Notes under the pieces: model-generated
Databases searched by the model: none
What the model saw: only the letters and a program-made list of their open reading frames with translations
Told to the model about the DNA's origin: nothing
Position numbers and translations under genes: made by a program
Source of the DNA: Candidatus Methylomirabilota bacterium
GTDB lineage: Bacteria; Methylomirabilota; Methylomirabilia; Rokubacteriales; CSP1-6
Assembly: GCA_046726415.1 (NCBI GenBank)
Contig: JBKPAK010000087.1
Span: 1-19,788 of the forward strand
Length of the DNA stretch: 19,788 bases
Direction: 5' to 3'
Shown: one piece after another, positions 16,957 to 19,788 of the stretch
Numbering within the stretch: position 1 is the stretch's first letter
How the letters are laid out: the number at the start of each line of letters is the position of its first letter

Positions 16957-17508
16957 TTAACGATCGACCAGATATCCGTGAATCGTCGCCGCCAGCCCGG
17001 CATCGCCGGCCGACGAGTCGCGGATCATTCGGACACGGATCTCGTCGGTGGTCCCTGGCATCGCGTCCTTCCGCAGTTTGAAGGGCAGGTTGGCGACGTA
17101 GTATTCGACTCCAAGAAACGGTCCCGGGGACTGGACGGGCACCACGCTCAACACAGGCGAAATGCCCTCCATAACGTCGAGCATCACGCGCACCTTCTGG
17201 CCCGCCGGCACGTCTGCCTGGACGGACACGGTCTCGACGACCAGGCGCTTCCCATCCGGAATATCGAAGCTCACTTCGCGCGTGGTTCCCCCCGTGAGGA
17301 AAACGGAAGCCAGCCTGATGTAAGGCTGGTATAGAGCGTCGTTCATGACCTCCACCACGCCGGTGACGGGCACCGGCGCCGCTGGAGTGTTCACCACGAT
17401 GACGTCCTTCTCGGACGCCGCCAGTACTGGACTGCCCGATAAGAGCCGGAGAGCCTCAACCGCTGCCACCACTGCCATTCCCATCGAGGTCTTCCTGAAC
17501 AGTCTCAT
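16957..17508 (-). CDS. Hypothetical secreted beta-rich protein
   Basis: Purine-rich RBS and ATG at 17508; signal-like N-terminus ending VLA-A; VIVVNTPAAPVPV, IPDGKRLVVETVS and C-terminal GYLVD; high GC3. Confidence 0.7.
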   Translation of the reverse strand: MRLFRKTSMGMAVVAAVEALRLLSGSPVLAASEKDVIVVNTPAAPVPVTGVVEVMNDALYQPYIRLASVFLTGGTTREVSFDIPDGKRLVVETVSVQADVPAGQKVRVMLDVMEGISPVLSVVPVQSPGPFLGVEYYVANLPFKLRKDAMPGTTDEIRVRMIRDSSAGDAGLAATIHGYLVDR

Positions 17509-18052
17509 GGCGCCCCCCTTTCTCGCGGCACGCATCTTGTTGTTCGCCAAGACTCCGGCCGGCGGACAAAGGTTGATCCGACGCCGATATGGCTCGACCC
17601 TCACCTGGTAGCCGAGGTGACTTACCGTGACGTGACACCGGCCGGCGTCTTACGCGCTCCCGTGTTCGCGACCAATTCGGCGTCCAGCTGACGTCGCAAC
17701 CCGTCAATTCGCCAACCGCCGAGCCGTCGTTGTGAGATCTACCACCTTCGCAAAACTTCACGCCTCCGGATACCCGTCGCGATCATGAAGATCACCGACC
17801 CTCGCGACCGAGGCCAGGCGCCGGGAGAGCCAGTGACGGCATGTCGGAGCACATTGTGGGTCTCAGCCCACACGCGAAGTCCCGTGCCGTCACCGCCCTC
17901 AAGCGCCTCGGCGCGACAAAAAGTCATATTTGACGGCACCTTCCTAATACCGGAAGCTGAGCCGGCCCCTCTCCCTCCTCCTATCTCCTTCTCCCCCTAA
18001 ACAGTGGCTGACGTCTACACAACCTTGCGAGCACGATCCGCTCGGCTCCCAC

Positions 18053-18482
18053 TCACTGCTTGCTCTGAGGGACGGCCACGGTTGCCTGCTGCGTCGTCTT
18101 GTTGCCGCTCGCATCCGCAGCCTCATAGATCACCGTATAGACTCGCCCTGTCCGGCCTCCGGACCGTTCCGCCCGAAGCCGGAATTGGCGATCGTCCGTT
18201 CCAAAGGCCGCGCCTTGAATGTCATTCGGGGTGTCGCCGTCGCCCGGCCCGTTATCGGCCTTGTTGCTCGTGATGGAGACTAGGCGGACCACCGGCTTTG
18301 GATCACAATTATTAGTGACGGAAATCGTGGCGGCGATGTCGGCCAGCTTCTGATCCGGTGGCCACAGAGTATCACGCGTCAGTCGCTTTGACGACGATGA
18401 GGTATACGCGGCCATTGCCGGTGCTCAGCCGATCCTGAGTGCAGCCGCAGGGTTCCAATCCCGATGTCCTTTGCGTCGGGCT
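18053..18482 (-). pseudogene. Remnants of C-terminal Ig/HYR-like modules of a secreted protein
   Basis: 18053-18372 reads TLWPPDQKL...RLRAERSGGRTGRVYTVIYEAADASGN...VPQSKQ*. Upstream, out of frame, is a second module PDAKDIGIGTLRL...TGNGRVYLIVVKATDA. Confidence 0.6.
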
Positions 18483-18820
18483 CATTCGGACGGGAAACAC
18501 GCGCACCGGTAGCCGGATCGGAGCAGTGCCGAGTTCGGTGAATCAGGCAATCTGCTCACTACCAGGGCGAGTTCGAGAGTGTACTCGCCCGCGGCACGGA
18601 CGGGGTGATCTCCCAAAAAAAGTAGTCTTCCCCCAGGGTGCACATCGTACTTGAGCGTTTCGCGCCCCGCGCCCGCATCCGCCGACCCCATCACCGAGGG
18701 GCCGCCCGGAACGTCCACATGTCCCCGCCGCTGCATCGGGCAAGACGACCCGATATCATTGCTCAGTCTGCCGTGCCGCACGGAGCCCGGGACTACTCGG
18801 TTGTCTGGAGGGCGCCACGC

Positions 18821-19669
18821 ATGAAACGCCGGCCCACAATGCAAAGCCTCAGCGGCGCGGCGCTTGTGGCCATGTTCTCCTTCTCTCTCATGGCCTGTTC
18901 GCACCTCGTGGAGCATTCAAACGCGGGGATCTCCTCACTGGAAGCGGATCCGGGCCCCTTGGGAGCGATCTCCCGGGGCGCCAAGTACTCGGGCTGGGCC
19001 GTCTCCGCTCCCCTTGTCGTCGGTATGATTCCCGTGGCCGCGTTGGCCTGGGCCACCCCCTGGGTCGATCTTCCGGAGGCCGTGGACATCGCATCGGCGC
19101 CTGCGATCGGCTTCGGCTACTTTTTCGAGACTCTCGTCGGCTTCCCCGCTCAGGGGGTCCTTTCGCTCGTGAGGCCGGCGCGGGGCTCGGAACGGGCTCG
19201 AGCGCCCCAGGTCGCAGCGGCCGGCCGGCCTTTCGTCCCTTGGGGCTTCGTGGTCGAGCACCTCGAGGCCAAGACGCCCGCGCGACCGGCCGAGGAGGTT
19301 CCCCGAGCGATTCAGGACTACTACGGTGTGAGGCACGACATCCTCGGAGAGGTCCGGGGGGAGTTCTCGCGGCGACTCCGGGAGTCGCCGCCTGATGAAA
19401 ACCCGGTTCTGACTCCGCTCCTCTCGTTGAGCTTCCCGGCTACGCTCGAGTTCTACCGCGCCCACGGGACGTCACCTCTGAACCCGCGGCCTCTCGTCCT
19501 CATGACCCCGCCCAGCGAGGCCGCCTACGCGGCGCGCTACCTTGCTGCCCGCTACGCACGCGGTGGCATTCACGCCGCGGTCATCGTCCCCGAGAAGGTC
19601 TTCCTCGAGCCACACCTGACCCCGGCGGAAGTCGAGGTCCGCCTTCGCTGCGTATTCCGGCGAAGCTGA
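18821..19669 (+). CDS. Hypothetical lipoprotein, probably 3' truncated
   Basis: GGAGG RBS and ATG at 18821; basic N-terminus, hydrophobic core and lipobox-like LMAC; internal hydrophobic hairpin. The C-terminal PLVLMTPP...YLAARYARGGIHAAVI resembles the start of an alpha/beta hydrolase. Confidence 0.6.
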   Translation: MKRRPTMQSLSGAALVAMFSFSLMACSHLVEHSNAGISSLEADPGPLGAISRGAKYSGWAVSAPLVVGMIPVAALAWATPWVDLPEAVDIASAPAIGFGYFFETLVGFPAQGVLSLVRPARGSERARAPQVAAAGRPFVPWGFVVEHLEAKTPARPAEEVPRAIQDYYGVRHDILGEVRGEFSRRLRESPPDENPVLTPLLSLSFPATLEFYRAHGTSPLNPRPLVLMTPPSEAAYAARYLAARYARGGIHAAVIVPEKVFLEPHLTPAEVEVRLRCVFRRS

Positions 19670-19788
19670 ACACCCAGATCGCTTCATCATGAACGCCACG
19701 ATCGGGGATTGTGATCGGAGCGGAGCGACGCTGGCCGGCCGCTCAGCTGTCGAGCTTGCCCTCCTTTCGACGTGAAGGACCTTTTAGC

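Noticed and set aside
17966-17998. 33-nt pyrimidine tract (a similar short tract lies near 11060)
   Set aside because: Low-complexity sequence with no associated ORF or repeat family demonstrable within the window.
18465-18482. GACGCAAAG on the minus strand suggesting a c-di-GMP-I riboswitch
   Set aside because: The upstream GCAAAC/GNRA stem is absent, and the bases encode PDAKD of the protein remnant.
1-19788. CRISPR array, tRNA/rRNA genes, reverse transcriptase or integron integrase
   Set aside because: No regularly spaced repeats, RNA gene signatures, RT motifs or tyrosine-recombinase motifs were seen.

Overview
High-GC (roughly 60-70% by eye) bacterial accessory region that reads as a patchwork of intact genes and gene scraps. 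Left to right it contains: (1) the 3' end of an integrase-core IS that truncates a cytochrome b/c-type gene; (2) an intact CxAxR arylsulfatase and a class I SAM methyltransferase; (3) a truncated IS1380; (4) a convergent, collapsed sulfatase operon with two fused AtsA-type fragments, a 42-aa sulfatase stub, a frameshifted formylglycine-generating enzyme and MarC; (5) a truncated IS481-like element; (6) an ECF41 sigma remnant and a cupin/class III cyclase fusion; (7) LysR, OsmC-like and OLD-like ATPase scraps; (8) a redox block of NmrA-like SDR, MDR oxidoreductase, secreted cupin, DUF417/RclC-like membrane protein and flavin disulfide reductase; (9) secreted and lipoprotein genes. The most notable signal not explained by the ORFs is a well-formed integron attC site (12707-12804) between the two oxidoreductases, plus the stub of a second attC (13793). 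Together these suggest a decayed integrase-less cassette array. Many frameshifts lie in G/C runs and may be sequencing errors. All family assignments come from motif recognition by eye; no database searches were run.
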